Positions 34,311 through 49,326 are shown, counted from the first letter of the whole stretch. The stretch: DNA of 57,490 nt, filler included, from Sphacelaria rigidula (GCA_964200075.2; 8 parts of 8 records of this genome joined end to end with filler, not necessarily neighbours in it), one strand, 5' to 3'. Notes: generated by a model not told the origin, from the sequence alone. Numbers and translations: made by a program.

Positions 34311-37300
34311 CGCACACTTTATTGCGATGGTGATGACGCATGATGACGGGACACACGCAAATTTTGGACTGGCAGCTGTTGTCAAGGTTTTATTTCGTTT
34401 TTGTACGTATTTCCGCTAGGGAATAACAACATATGTACTACACTGATCTTCATATTTCATATATGTTACGGTGGTTTCAGCCCAACCACCTTTTCTCATA
34501 ATTCGAAAGGCCTCTGAATATAGATATATTTGGCCTTCTTCGGCAGGCTGGAATTTTTTCGAGTGGTCGTGACCAGCCTTCGTGTTCCGGTTTGTGTGCG
34601 CGGAAGGCGCTAAAATGCCCCGCCGCTTTCCGGTTTTGTATAGGGGGCGTTTGTAATTTTGACGTATGTATTCTTCGGATATATATTGGCGTGTTCGTGA
34701 GCATTTATTATTTAGCACATTTAGCAGGGACGCAAATTGTATGTTTTTTTGTGTGTATGGTGAAGTGGTCGTCTTCGCTTTGTTCACTTTTGTCGATTTT
34801 CTCGCATCATAATAGTAAGTAATAGGGAGTTGTGCAGCATTTTAGTTACTGGGGGGTTATTTCCTATTTTCGTGGGTGAATATACTTCTCGTTCGTCCCG
34901 CCCCGTTCAAATATTTGCACTTCGACGAGAGCTAGACTACTTACTGGTGGAACTGTCTGTACGTGTAGTCGATCGAATAATCATTTACAACGTTATTATC
35001 CAAGAGTTTGGAAGGGTCGGAATCTGCGGAGGCAGGAAGCGGTTGCGGCGAAGGTGACCAGTTGTGCAAGAAAAATATTATCAGAACCTGGTGAATCACC
35101 TGTGCAAGATGGACACGGCAGATCACCCACGCGCCCTTCACGCAGCAGGAGTTTTCGCTCAGAAATACCGATGTCTTCAACAAGGAGGTGTCATGACCCG
35201 ATTCGATCGGTGTTTTTTGTTCGAGAAAAAAGTCATATTTACAACCCCATGTGCCGCGAATGTCCTTATATCGGGGGTATTAGATATTGTCGTACGGTAG
35301 ACGCTTTCCTCCACGAAAGCATGCCACACCATGAAAAACGTGCCTAGCCGTCCAACAGAATAGTTGCATGCACTAGCGCCGGTACCCGTACTGTTTCCAT
35401 GCGCAATACACATCGTGAGTATTGTTCCATGTGAGTCTCACCCGCTGCGTTTTTGGGCGTTGCGGCACAGTGCCGCAACAACACAGCAGTTTAGTACAAC
35501 AATCACCGAGCTGCGTGCCCCTCCATCAACTCTTCAGTCGTGTCACCCCAGCCGCGAAGTAGGATGTGAATTGCGTCAGAGGCCTCAGAAGCTTGTTCTC
35601 AACCCTGACGTGGCGAGAGTAGGTCATCCTTCAATCGGCATCAATTTCACTTGGGAAAAATATGCATGGTCCAGATGGACTAACCTCGCGGTCCAAGGGT
35701 TGTCTGCGTGTTGTCGTCCTATCTATTCTGGACGCCGGTCTACACCTTTCGGTATATGTGGGCGCACCAGCCGGGGTCACACAGGAGTGTCTTCTTTTTT
35801 GTTTGTTTTCAGTACTCTACCTTCCTTCTGCGGTGCTTGCCTTTATTTTTTATCGCGAGAGAGGTTCAGCAGTCCCCTTCCCTCGTCGACCATTAANNNN
35901 NNNNNNNNNNNNNNNNNNNNNNNNNNNNNNNNNNNNNNNNTTAATTAATTAANNNNNNNNNNNNNNNNNNNNNNNNNNNNNNNNNNNNNNNNNNNNGTCC
36001 TGTTTCGCCGTCTCTGGCCACCATTTATCTCCTAGTATAGCCATTGTTTTCTCCCTACTGGGAGGGGGGGGGAGGGGGGGAGAACCCGTATAAAAGGCTG
36101 GCCTCTGCCACATGGCTCCAGTGGGAAGGGTCTTGCGCAAAAACCACGCTCATACCCAATCGTAAGAAACAAAAGGCCGCGGGAAAAGGTTGCTGCTCAT
36201 CTACTGCAACACCTTATGATTTGGGGTATGAAACCTCTCATCCGTAAACGCTACAAGAGCGAGGAGCCAATATGCTTCGGCATACACCGGCAGCACAGAG
36301 AGCTTGTCAAATCACTCGACGCATATGAGATGAAAAAAAATGAAGAAGGGATATTTGTCAGCGGAAGCTCGCCAATGACAGTGACAGTGACACACACACA
36401 CACGCCCGGCTGGTACACGCCCACCGGATAATGACCAGTGAAAAACGCCTGGCTGAATCAATCTACATGTATACATACGAAAAAAAGAAAGCTTGTGGAC
36501 AGAATATATGTCAGCGTGAGATTTCCGATGGTGAACAATGACACACACCGGGCTGGTAATTATCTACTGGATAAAGACGGGTGGGCATTGACACCATGAC
36601 ACACACCTGCCCAGTACACAAAAATCCACGATCTCGTCGCCCCCTTCTCCTCCCTCTAGCATCGCCACGGCTCTCGCCACCCCGCCTATCCGTTGCCTCG
36701 GTCCACCAGCACCCCCCACTAGTACCACTCGTATCCCTAGCGCTGTTTAACCTCGCCCCCTTCGTCACGGCGGCCCAGTCCTGAGACACAAAAGCAGGAG
36801 CAAACGCGACCACCAACACCCCGTTTCCGGAGGCGATGACGATTGCCAGGAGGGCAGCTGCTGGCAGCGGGCGCCCTGTTTTAGAGGTTTAACAGGATAT
36901 AGATGGAGGGTCAGTGTGTGGGTTGTGTGGGGTGTGAGGAGGAGGGTATTCTTCTGCGTGGGGGAAGTACGGGAAAAGGGGGAGATGATCGAAACGACTT
37001 TCGAAGCGTGCCGTCTCCCCAGATGGAAGATGGACATGCGGATCAAAATGCTGAAAAGCGTGGTATAGCGCATAATTGCGTAGAAACATTTCTGACTCGC
37101 GGTCAATTTTGTTTTCTCTTTCGAGCTATGAAGCCTCAGAAACCGTACGTTTGTTGATTTGAACCAGCGATGATTCCTCCGACTCTTGAACCTTTTCAAG
37201 ATTCGAATGATGGACCACGACCGTAGATACCCAGGGATACTTCTAGGGTACGTCTGTCATATGACCACGGCTGGATCCCTTGGGGTCAGTCAAAGTGCGA

Positions 37301-40300
37301 CAATCAATAAAATAATCAAACTCAGATTTTGACTTGCGATACTACTGGAGGAGCCACAAGCCAACTCTTCTACCGCTGGACCGTGGGTTGGACGATATCA
37401 TAAGCGGGCGAGTTTATCTGGGGGATTCGGAATAGTTTTCTTACTGGAGACACGAAGCCTACATCAAAGAGGCCGTGACCACCCATACACCGAACGTCGT
37501 ACTTATTTGCGCATGTATCACAACATCACAACCATCTGGATATTGCCGTTTACGACAGGTTAGTACACCGAAACAGACAGCGCAATGGTGAAAGTGTCCC
37601 AGCCGTACATGCGGTCATGCATGTCCAAAGATGCTCACCACACGGCAGAATGGAGATGGGCACCATGATACTTTCTATGAGTTCACCAATTTCACTGCAC
37701 TCCTTATTGATCCCAACATGGTGCCAACGATAGCGGCAACTTCGAAAACCTGGGGGTGATATTCAGGGGGTGGTATTCCCCGTGAGCGGTCTAGGAACAA
37801 CAGGTGTATGATCAGTGGTACGAGGTACACCGGTGTCCACAGCTCCACCTCGAATCAGCCTACTTACTGTCTATAAGGGCTCATTTTCGGTATTAACCCA
37901 TCACCACAGTCACGATGCCGCTGTGTTTTTTGTGATTGGTTGTCGCACATTAACTCATCCTCCAGGGGTCCAGCCGTGGTCACATGATAAACGTACCCGA
38001 GATGAAGCAAGGCGGAAACACTCACTCAAGAAAAGCGAAGAATGTGGTTTGTGTATCCAAAATCAGTTGTGATGGGCGTGGCTTCCGACTGCATGCATTT
38101 ACGACACCTGATGTTGCGCAATGCACCCGAGCCGATCACCGCACTGTGCTTGCAGTTGTACCTACTGATACTTCTCTAGTAATATACGAGTATACCGTAC
38201 CGTAGTGTCCACTACTGTCTGTTGTATGCTGTATTGTAGTCCGCAGCACATGCACAACAGCAGATATCATTTAGATACTGTCACTCCTACACGAACATGC
38301 TTTACTGCCCGTGAGTGGCGCGTCTCGGGCATCATCGGCGGTATTGGAGTGAGCAGAGACTTTTTGGAGCACAACACAGTACAACATTGTGCTACACTAC
38401 TGTACCAAAGACGCCGTACTCTACTCGTACTTGTGCCATCTGTCGAGTGTGTATCTCGTACTTGCCTACTGTACTGAAAATACTCACTAGAGTTGTCTGT
38501 ACAGGTCAACGGCATGGAACCAATTCGAGACCAACCTAAACACTATCCGATCAAGCCTACTACAAGGAAGAAATGCCCCTCGGAAGTTCGCCGTCCCTTG
38601 TCGTCTGTTGTGCTTGACTACGCACCACCCATGCCCCCTGCTGACAAACTTGTTGATACTTGACAGACAGTCCACCATAATACAACAACAGAATCATCAC
38701 TAGCCGCCCCATCGGACCAAACCGTGTTCGACGATCCACAGTAGTCCAGATGCAGGTTCAAGTAGAGCCGAGCACTGTTCAGGAGGCGATACATCCTTCA
38801 AATCCACGAAAAGCTTCTCAACCAGAACCACGTCCTGGATCTACATTGAAATATTATGAATCGATTGCTCCATATGATGCCTACATCCGAGCTAAGTGAT
38901 GAACAATGATCAGGGGGTAGATACGAGGCGTGGAGCGCCAGGGATCGCTTGCAGCTGCCTTCAAAAACGCAGCAGATGGGGGTATTATTCCACGTGACAG
39001 CGTCAGAGCCGTTTCTTGAATAGAGCACCGGACATGATTTCAAAACACACCCGATCCGACGTCATGGGGAAACAGAACATAGGATCACCACACCACAGCC
39101 ATGGCTACATTACTACCATCTTATGGTGTACATATGTAAGGATGGTATGACATCAACACATCAACCCCCTGCTTCAATATAACAGCATGACATCCCCTGC
39201 CGCCGTCGACTGCTTTGACTAAATCTCACCAACTCGGCCGCCGGCACCCGTGTTACATGCACTGCTATGTCGGTTGCTTTTTCTGCAAGCCTCTCCTGGC
39301 TGCGTTACCGGGGGCTTCGTCCCCCAGATTTTCCCTAGACCATGCATGCGCGGTGTTTAACCTGCAAAGCCGCACCGACAGCACGACCCCCTATGCCACC
39401 GCGTTAGTCTTTACCTTCATGACATCTTTACGCTGGTCTGGGCCCTGATGCAGCTCTCCTTGTACTAAAGTTTCACTTGGTCATTTTCCATGGGTCTCAC
39501 GGAGCCGATCACGGCGCACACAAGGCGCACAACACCCTATTGTTTATTCGCCTCCTATCTTTGACGCATAATGATGTACTCCTCTATTGGCGTGTTATGC
39601 CTCCTGGCTGCATGCCTCGATGCGCCTCAAGTTATTGCTTTCGTCCCCGTTGCCGGCGGTGGAGTTCTCCGCTCCAGTCGCCAATCTCTTGCTACATCGA
39701 TCACCAGGTGAGCCATGCACTGTCTGCAATGTATCTGATTTTATCCCCGACCTGTATGCGGCATGCTTCTTTCTAATCCTTTCTGTCCTGGCTGCGCTGC
39801 ACGGTCGTGTCATCGCGTGGTGCGGTAAGGCAAAGCACATGTGAATGCCCACAGTCTAAGGAGTTTGCCTCCGTGCTTCTATTGTTCTTTACTTCGACGG
39901 GTGAAAGGCTGTCATGGGTAGTGCCCGCCCGCGGGTCTTCATAACATCCATCACACGATGACAGCCTGCGTCATATCTCGAACTGACAGCTCCGTTCTAA
40001 TTCCACGATCATGTTTTCTGCAACATGCACCGCCCCGTCATGATGAACATGACAGCTCGAGGCAGGCGCACACACGTATGGCTCTTGGTCAGGAGAACGA
40101 TGTAGCGCACACAAGGGCGGAATCTATTGAGGCGATATGGAAGGCCGCTCTCACGGCGGGTACAGCGCAAGTCTTGGCGGCATCTTCAGCCTTCGCTGCG
40201 GAGGTACGTCCTCTATCTACAATTCAACAAGCACAGTACAGCAGAGAGTACACGATACTGCAAGGATCTACAGTCTGTACAAAATCCACGACACTATATC

Positions 40301-40389
40301 GTGATACAACAGTACAACAGTGAAGAGCACAGGATCTTACTGCACGGCCCGGATGCAACCTAGAGGTTGCTGTCCGCCCTGTGTGCGGT

Positions 40390-41286
40390 CTCATACGTTG
40401 TTAACCGGGTACCATCATGTACAACTACAGACATCAAGATTTGTATGCGACCCAGCCGCGCCCTGGGGTAATTTGTAGATATGGGGGTTCCATTTTCTCC
40501 GCCAACTGTCGTTTTGCACCTGACTCGTACAGTACGAGTAAATCCAGTAGTGTGCTCATTGAAAGGCGAAGTGCACCTCTTGAAGGTGTTGGTCTTCGGA
40601 CTGGGTTCAAGACAGCACAGTAGGATGTTCCCGTGATTTAGTGGTACAACTGAAGCCATCAGGTCGGAAAAGAGCGACTTCAATACCCGGGAGATTCATT
40701 TGGGTTTGCTAGTTTCCTCCTGAAGAATATCTGATTTCCGTCCTTGACAACGTGAGGACATGTGATGAGAACAGAGCAGTAGCAGGAGGCAAAATATCCC
40801 CAGCCAAGTGAAGATATGTTTGTTGAAGCGGGAAAAAATTATCATGGACGGATTGAATTAAATTTGAATTCACGAGTAAGTCATCATGTGTCGGAGATGA
40901 CGAATGCTCAACGGGACAAGGAGGCTCACCTCCCACAGATGAGGAGGGAAAATGCGAATTGTAATATTTCCATGGCTCCCTGTTTGACCTCGCGTGTTGA
41001 ATGTGCCAATAGGCCCTGCCTCCAGTAGCCCGATGGTCGCATTTGACGTTGGAACTTGGAGGGCTAGGAGTAGTCCTTTTTTCTTCCTCTTTTTTTTCTC
41101 TTCTTCATGTAGTATTTCTATTTTATTTGTTTATTTAATTTTTTCTTGTATCGCATCTGTGTGAATTGTTTCTGGGTCCGATTTTTTTTTCTTCACCCTA
41201 GCTTGGGGTAGATATCATGTAACCACGGAAGGCGTCCGCATCGGATGCCCAGTAGAGAGTGCTGCGCAGATATCGGAACGGTTTTT
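40390..41286 (+). mobile_element. Highly degenerate LINE 3' fragment (possible RT C-terminus, T-rich UTR and 3' end)
   Basis: Broken frames give HTLLTG.., IERRSAPLEGVGLR../RMF and FVEAGKNYHGRIE, loosely like RTE-type RT C-termini; the segment terminates in the 3'-end repeat shared with 20810-20895. Confidence 0.3.
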
Positions 41287-43600
41287 AATGTGAAGGCAAC
41301 AACAATATTTCCGCGCCAAGCGCGATATTGGCCAGGCGTTCAAAATCGGCACCCGATTTCGAACGCGGGGCTGAAGAAGTATTGGCTGTAACGTCTCCCA
41401 TGAAACGAACAAGGCGCTACCCACACCCCGTCATTTCTACGCTGTAATAGGAGGGACGACAACACACACAGCACAGAGGTCACTGTACTGTGCAGTTCGT
41501 TTGAATCCTACGAACATGGTTTGATGTGCGCTGGAGGGTGTATGAGCTGCTGTGTTCCGGTCTGTACAGAATTGGGGTGGAAACAAGGTGCTGACTATAC
41601 GAAGTTGGGAAAATAACGTGATGGTTGTGCAGCCGTTCGGCTGTCTCCATTGATACTTCATTTGTAGTTGAGTGCTGTGCTGGGGAAGGACACACAAAAC
41701 GGGTGCCTGCAGATTGGGGCAAACAAACTGAGCCAGCACGGACATCTGTATCCTCAGCAATTCATCATCGCAGCTCTCTATCTCTCCGGCAGCGGCACAA
41801 CGTGTGGGCGAATCAAAGCTATTTTGCAATTCATACGCATCTCTTAGCTCTCATCTAATTGGTGGGAAAATGTTGCAATTCATATTTTTCAGAATATCTT
41901 TCATACCCTGCATCATAAACTTCGTTGACAGAAAGTGTGTCACGTGCAGTGTCGAATATAGTCCATTGCAATAGACTTAAGATTGGACACTGTATGCAGT
42001 ACACTTTCTGCCAAAATAATATTTTGTCCGGGGTATGATACGTCTTTCGAACATCGAAGCAATTGTCAATAGTCAATTCATGTCTTGAGAGCTTAGTAAG
42101 CAGACGCATTAGCATACGTGCAAAGTGGCGGCCTGGATAGCCAGTCATTTTCTTGTTCGAGTGCAAGCAGTAAAGTTGTGAGCCAGATCGCGTCCAACTT
42201 GAAACAAGTGGAGCGTCTGCACGACCGGAATACGTTACTAAAGAACCGTGAGGATCTGGACTAACACCGTTTCCTACCGTTGTTTTTTGGGAGACAAGCG
42301 TATTTTACATGGCACACCAGACGCGGACAAAAATTCAGCTGGACATGAAAAAATCTGGTGTCTACAGGAATCTGTAGTGAGGCCGTTTTTTCCGGTCCGT
42401 TTTTCCCCTTGGTATTCTGCAAATAGCGAGAAAAAAATACAAGATGCCTCCTTACGGTTTGTTTTTTCACAAAATTATCGCGGGGAAAATACAAGGCGGA
42501 GGAAATATTACGAGATGGGCCCTTCTGGCTTGTATTTTTTTCAAAATACGAGACGAGATCGACTTGTGATCCTCTCTCGTATTTTTCATGCGCGAAGCGG
42601 CGAGACTAGCAACGCCCGCCAGCCCTGAAGATGATGTGAACTTCGTTGCGTGCGGGGCTCTCCTGACAGCAATGTCAAAACATCCCCAGCGCCGTTTACA
42701 GATTAGACCAAACTTTGCTCCGCCATCCCAGCGCACGCGAGATGTCGTCATGGGTTGATGATCTATTGGTATCGGCCGTGCCCTCGAAACCTGCAGCGCA
42801 GACAATACCCAGCGCAGATATTACAGGATACTGTCTGTGCTGTCTCATGCAGTGAGTTGTGGGTGTTGGTTTGCACACAACAGTAGAACACACGGCTGTA
42901 ATAAGAATGATGCGTACAACATGAGATATGTGGACAACGTGCAATACAGACATACCTCCCCTGCTCCGTCTCGAAAGGGATGCGTGGTCAATGGTCAAAC
43001 GACTAAGACAAGCAACAAATGAGTAACCACAACACCCCCCCCCCCCCCCCAACACACCCAAAAAAAAACAAACACACACCAAACCACAAAAAAANNNNNN
43101 NNNNNNNNNNNNNNNNNNNNNNNNNNNNNNNNNNNNNNTTAATTAATTAANNNNNNNNNNNNNNNNNNNNNNNNNNNNNNNNNNNNNNNNNNNNCCCCCC
43201 CCCTCCCTCCGTGGGACGGACGACAGGGTGCGAGGCAAGAAGGAAGATTTGCACAGAAGAGAACGCGTACCGCACATGATACCGCTTTGTTTCTTTTCTT
43301 CCGGAGCATTTATAGGGGAAAGGGAACTACATAATTGTCGGATGTTTCACCTCTCCGGGACACCGTCGTAACATCGGCACTTCCCCTAGTACAGCCATGC
43401 GATCAGAAAAAAAACGTCAACAACAGTGTCCATGATCACATGTCACATCACCATACCGTAGCCATCTTCCCTTCTTTATTCGTGGGCAGCAAAACCCCCG
43501 ACGAAATCTACGTACACAAAGAGAAACCGTCCAGTATGCATGATCACCTGGATTCGACTGCACCCCAACGAATAAGCAAGCCGTTCGAGTGCCTTGTGGG

Positions 43601-46600
43601 CTACTGCAAATAGTCCGGGCGTGTCCGGCCAGCCCTACCTGAACCTGCTACAACAGCAGCAGCAGCAGCAGCAGCAACTCTTCTAATCTTGGGTCTAGCA
43701 GAAGCCGAAGGGACGTCCATTAGCAAGGGAGCTCTGAATAACGCCGCAATGTGCGGGGACACGCTAACAGCTACTTGATTCTTGGTATTTTCTGGCTTGT
43801 CCCTACCTCTACGTCTACGACTGATCCCTTGTTTCTCCCATTTTTTCTTGATGGTGGGCGAGAGGGGACTCGGAGACTCGATTGCCACCACAGCTACCTC
43901 CTCGACTGCGCTACCAGAGCTATTGGCGCTGCAAGAAGCTCCTTCGTCCGAGCCACCACCTTCCGCTCCATGGTGATGAACATGGTTCAAATTTTCGTAT
44001 TCGTAGGTTTCGGGCGATGTGCTGGGGATGGTGGTCATGAAGTTACCCACACTGTTTTCCTGGCTCCGGCAGCCATGGTGATTGCTACTACTACTTGGGA
44101 TGGTTTGAGGGGATTTCAACTTGAAGAAGGAATCCAGGTTCTCTCCCGGGGGAAAGTGTTCCGTTTCTCCGAACGGTGACTTCAGCACCGACATTTCGAT
44201 CTGATGTCCGTACGAAAGGAAGAGGGCGATGAACAGAGGATAGGCAGGTGTATTGTGCGTGTAAAAGGTTAGCGGTGGAGAGAGATTTATCCGCGAATGT
44301 TGTGTGTAGCCGAATGGCCGGTCTAAACGTCACGGCGCGTGAAAGTTTAACCTGTTGACCTCCAGGACATACGACCTGCTGGATTCGCTCCAGCTTCTCT
44401 CGAAAAAGAACTCAAAGATCCACATGACCCGCCCTGGCTGTCAAAGGGTTATACATACCTAGGATCAATCAACCTTCGCTTCAGGATGGAACAGACGACT
44501 ACAGGTGCCAAAAACGGGGGGGGAGGGGGGGCGGGGGGGCGACGAACGCCGTTGCGTACGGAAATCAAGAGAAGTATCCCCAAAAGATGATGTTGGTCCC
44601 CTAACGTCTGGTAATTGCCTGCCAGAGAATCATATCACCCTGACATCATTCTGTCACCTGTCTTTGCACACCATCGCCGTCGCTAATACCGATTCCGACA
44701 CGACCACACGGCGGCAGCAGCCCGGCCGACTCTTGCCGAACCGTCACTAACAACTCCTCGATTCTCTCGCGACTGGCCAACTGTTTCCCCCTCAGCTCAT
44801 GCTCCCCCTGGCGGAGGGCGTGTTTCACCTCCCACTCTCCCACCTGTAGCGGGAGTAGCAGCGAGAATGCACAAAAATCGCGAGGAAAATCACGTGTTCT
44901 GCGCCATCGTCAAATCTCGAGGCAGCCGGCGGCCGCACGAGCAGAATAAAGATTGACGTTTTATGATCACCAGGTACCGTGTAAGCATACAGGAAAAGGT
45001 CTCTTTGAAGTATGTGTGATGGATAGTGACAGCACTTGCATTTCTAGAGGGCGGGGGGGGGTCTTTTGTCGTTGTCTTGTTCTTTTCTCTTCCTTTTTCT
45101 CTAGGCATTTCATTTTCTTGGTCTAGTCTGTATTGTCTGCTCTACCTTCCTGTTTTCCTCATTTGTTTTTTTTCAGGGAATGCTTCGATCTTGTTTCTAT
45201 CTCGGGTACCTCTACCAGATTCCTCAGGGACCATTTAGAGTGCGACAATCATCAATCAACCAACTAGAATAATGCGGGGTGGTTTACTTGCAACTCTGTT
45301 ATTATTTTTTTCTGTTTTTGCTGATTCTGTTTTTTTGCTCTTTCAGTTTTTGATATCGCAGACCAGAACTCAAGAGCGGTTCGCTTTGAATGTATATATA
45401 TGTATAATTCTCGATTCCATGTTAGGATAATATGCGCGTGTGTATGTATGCATGCATGCAGGCAGGCAGGCATTTGTTATAGCATACTTTGAAGCCCACA
45501 GCTTCCTCTACTGTCATACTCTATATTATCTCTCTTTTGGGGGACGCCGTCGGTAGACGCAAGGCGTTGGCCCATATTGTACTTTGTTTTCTTCAGCATT
45601 GAATCAGCACAGCCTGACGACGTTTTATGGAACCATTCGGACGTGCTATACTATTTTCCCGTACATGTGAGAAGATTTTCGTCGGCACCTATGCTTACGT
45701 CTTCGACCAGCACGCAGTAATGCGCATAAAGGTTTTCCCACCTCGGGCATGAAGACCCCGCAAAAACGTTACAGCAATATTTGAAGAACCAAAAATACAG
45801 GAAAACGCACCGGTTGAGGACCGTCGCCCACCAGCAAAGATTCTACGCGCCCTGCCCCAATCCGGAAGCCCGCCTGCATGCTGAGTGGCGCCACTCTTGC
45901 TTGGTCCAAGGCTGCATCCACTGCTTCTTCTCTCTTGCTAGGCTTCCCGTGTCTAGTGGCTTCTTCGAACAGTGACTCCCTCAGCTGTTGCCGTTGATAT
46001 TGCGGTTGTCACCATCGTCGTTGTCGTCGTTGTTGTTTGTGTTGTGTTATGCCCCATGGCGGTTGGGAGGGTGGGGTGGCGAGGAGTATACACAGGGAGT
46101 CGGTACACTGTTGATATTTGATGTGTGCGTGGTGAGGCGCATGTCAGAGTGATGCTACAGTAGGGGCACACAAATATTTTTGAGGTTAAAATTGTTCACA
46201 CCTTGGACAATATATGGTCAATTGTTGCACTAGACCAGAAACGTACTGCACAAAGTATAGGCCTATTGCGACTATTGTCAGCTGGCAACAGTTGCAATAG
46301 GCCTATACTTTATGCAGTACACTTCTCGTCTATTGCATATATTGACCATATATTGTCCAGGGTGTGGAACTGTTAGGAGCCCTTTATCTCTTCCAAAACA
46401 CGACTTATGACAACATGCGAGAGTACGCCAGGATTACTATTTCAATGTGCTGGGGATATCCCGAATAAATCTGCAAGCGGGGATGCCCTGATCCATATTC
46501 TTGTGCGTCNNNNNNNNNNGTCTAGAATCGTTAGGAGCCCCTGAACCAGACACAATTTCGCGAAAAAAGTGCATCCCTACCGTAGCATTGCTCGCCAGGA

Positions 46601-49326
46601 GTGCATACGGAGAGGAAGGAAGGGAGAGGAAGAGAGAGAATCGTACACACGCGGCCATTCAGCTACCCCCATAAAACATCCTCTACCGCGATTTTCATCC
46701 TCTCGAGGGTAAAGTGACCCTCCGGAGGATTAAAAATACCCTCTAGACGATATTTCATACTCAGTTCCGGTCATAAAAACGAATCCTCTGGAAGGCATCT
46801 GGTGCTCCAGTGACTTCCTTCTGAGGTCTGAATCCCTCGAGAGTAACAAAAAAAATGGTGCTCTGGAGGGCTGCGGATCCTCCGAGTTCCTCCAGAGGGT
46901 GCGCGGCCCTCCAGAGGCAAAACAAGCCTCTGGAGGCGTTCGATCCTACCCCTCTCAAGGGCCGCGTACCCTCTAGAGGCGTTTAGTTCCTCTGGAGGCT
47001 CGAAACGTTAATCGGAACAGAGCATTTTGGGGGGTAGCCGAATGGTCGCGTGTGTACAAACGAACTCGGAATCTTGATCAACGCAAATTGCGTGTAATTG
47101 CGACATGTGTTCTCAGGTGTCAAATGACGTTCTATTTTTCCTCTGGGTGACAGACGTCACACCTCTTTATAGACTCATAGCATGTACTCAGTTATACGAG
47201 AAATATAGCCTGGGCACGAATCTGTTCGTACACCACAAAGAGTTGTGAGCTCGATGAAGGTAAGCATCGTAGACAATGACTACACACTAGGCGAGGCAGA
47301 TTCTCGCAAGAAGAATAGACAGCTTGTGCAGGTTGCCTGCGGGAGTAACTGAACGAGTATCATATGTATTTCTGAAATATGTTCGTAAACGGGGCATATG
47401 ATTCAGCGGAGGCGTTTTGTCACCACCGCAACAAAGCCTCTTGATAGCGGAAAAGTACAGTAACGTAGAGGTGGGTTCAGATACCGTATATCCCATATGC
47501 AAGCGCAATCCACCACGCCTCGGTTTGGCGCGGACGGTCATGAGTTCGCATCCCGAAAGATACGGCATTTTGTTTCCGACAGAATATGGTTCCGCCGCTG
47601 AAAACGAGAAGGCGCGAGTGGCAGAGCAAACCGCGAATAGAGTCGACGCCGTGCTGGAGTAGTGCTGGTCCAATTTACTATACCAAAACGTGAGGTACAT
47701 AAGTACAGGGAAATGGATACCTTGATCCCTTGGGAGACCGGACTCGCCCGCGAGAAAGGAGATGAGAGGTTTGAAGTATGATAAAAAAAAAAAGTAGTGT
47801 AGCCTCCGCGCGCCGTCGGTCAAACTGGTACATCCACAGCACTATTGTACTAGTTTGCGCGCATACTGTGGGCTCGAATCACGATAATACACGGGAAGTA
47901 GAGCGTCTTTTTTACCAGTTTCTGTCGTCCAAATGAGAGTTCAATGAAAGTCGAAGGGCAGGCTGGGCTGTAAGAACGCTGATTGGACCCATGAACCTCA
48001 ATAATAAAGCAGAAGGAACGTAGTATACCGAGGGATGGATGAAGATGGGTGAGTTGAGCCCCTGAGACTATGGCCTCATCACGAACAATGGGAGGCGGGG
48101 ACGGGGGGATTACAGTATGATGAAAAATAACAATGTGCCTATAGAGAGAAGAGCGTGAGCGGTCGTCCTCTGGGAGCGAGGGAGGGTAACCCCACTACCG
48201 ACACGAGAGTGAAACGAGTACTGGGGACTACTACTGGAAGAAAACGCTACGATTAAGTCTCGATACTGTACAGCTCGGCGATGGAAGGGCAAGCGTACCT
48301 GGAGATGTACGCCGGCCCGGCAAAAAAAAATGGAAAAATAAAAGCATAAAAAAACTGAAACAGGCGCTTTCTGGAAACGGGGGGGGAGGGGGCAGGGGTT
48401 ATTTTATGTGGAGTTTCGAACAACTTTTTTGTCGTTAAAAGTATAAACGAAAACTGGTAGTGAAAATGAGGCGAGATGACGCGACCGACACGATCGACAC
48501 GACCGACACGAGAATGACCGAGCGCCGAGCGTTGCTGTAAGTAGGGCTCTATCTGATCGACGGAGACTGGGTGTGGCTTCGTCTTTTTTGGTCCAGCAGA
48601 ATGGCTGACTCCTGTCCAGCGTCCGTTGCGCTTGTCATAGCGATCACATCCTCGATATCTTCATTCCATTTTTTTTTCAGGCATATGAGTGTACGCTTGT
48701 GTGTGTTGTAAACCTTGAGGTACGGTCTGAGCAAGGTATTCAAAACCGCGTGTAGAGTCCGTGTCCGTGATCGCAGGAGATCAATCCGTATCTTCCCCAG
48801 TACTCGTCTGGCAATATACTGTGGAGCATCGGATCGGCACTTCTGCTCACCGCCCGTCAAATTTTTCTGCAAAAAATCATAAATCATATCCTTCATGTGA
48901 CACATAGCCGTACCTTCTCCAAGGCTGAATTTATGGCACGTTCCCGCTCTCGAGCTTCCCGCGCCCGTCTCTGCTCTCGCAACGCACCCTCCGCCGGCAC
49001 CACGGTGCTGCCGCTCTTGCTACTGCTGCCTTTCCGACTTGATCTGCCCGTACCCGACGACCGCTCGATTTCACCACAAACACCACTACCATCTGTATTT
49101 TCCTCGGTAGCATCCGATGATGGACTCGCCTCGGTTTCAACCGATTCCGCTTCGGTCCGTTCGCTGCCACCGTTTGTGCCGTGTCTTCGTTGAGCTCTGG
49201 TCGTGTGTTCGTTTCGTGTAGCAGCACTCTTCCCTGCAGCATCGCCGTGATCATGGTTACAGTCGTCGTCGTAGTCGTCATCACCAGCAGTCAACACTAG
49301 CTCGCCCATGGCTTGGAGCTTGGCAT
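43601..49326 (-). CDS. Hypothetical low-complexity/coiled-coil protein, last four exons: 49326-48914, 45984-45811, 44843-44658, 44200-43601
   Basis: Four stop-free segments with AG/GT ends join in phase 0: ..RERERAINSALEK|LRESLFEEATRHGK..GPQP|VGEWEVKHALRQGEHELRGK..VQRQ|IEMSVLKSPF..PDYLQ*. No domain recognised. Confidence 0.65.
46197..46366. mobile_element. 170-bp almost spacerless palindromic MITE in an intron
   Basis: CACACCTTGGACAATATATGGTCAAT...AAAGTATAGGCCTATTGC is mirrored by GCAATAGGCCTATACTTT...ATTGACCATATATTGTCCAGGGTGTG; centre at ~46281. Confidence 0.85.
46646..47054. mobile_element. 409-bp TIR element with TA TSD and internal CCTCNNGAGG palindrome array
   Basis: TA|CACACGCGGCCATTCAGCTACCCCC ... 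GGGGGTAGCCGAATGGTCGCGTGTG|TA; about 10 CCTC(T/C)NGAGG-type motifs inside. Confidence 0.85.

Noticed and set aside
33560..34385. Long antisense ORFs (251 and 199 aa) over HIRA, and similar ones at 5149-5733 and 43751-44179
   Set aside because: Shadow ORFs of GC-rich coding or low-complexity sequence.
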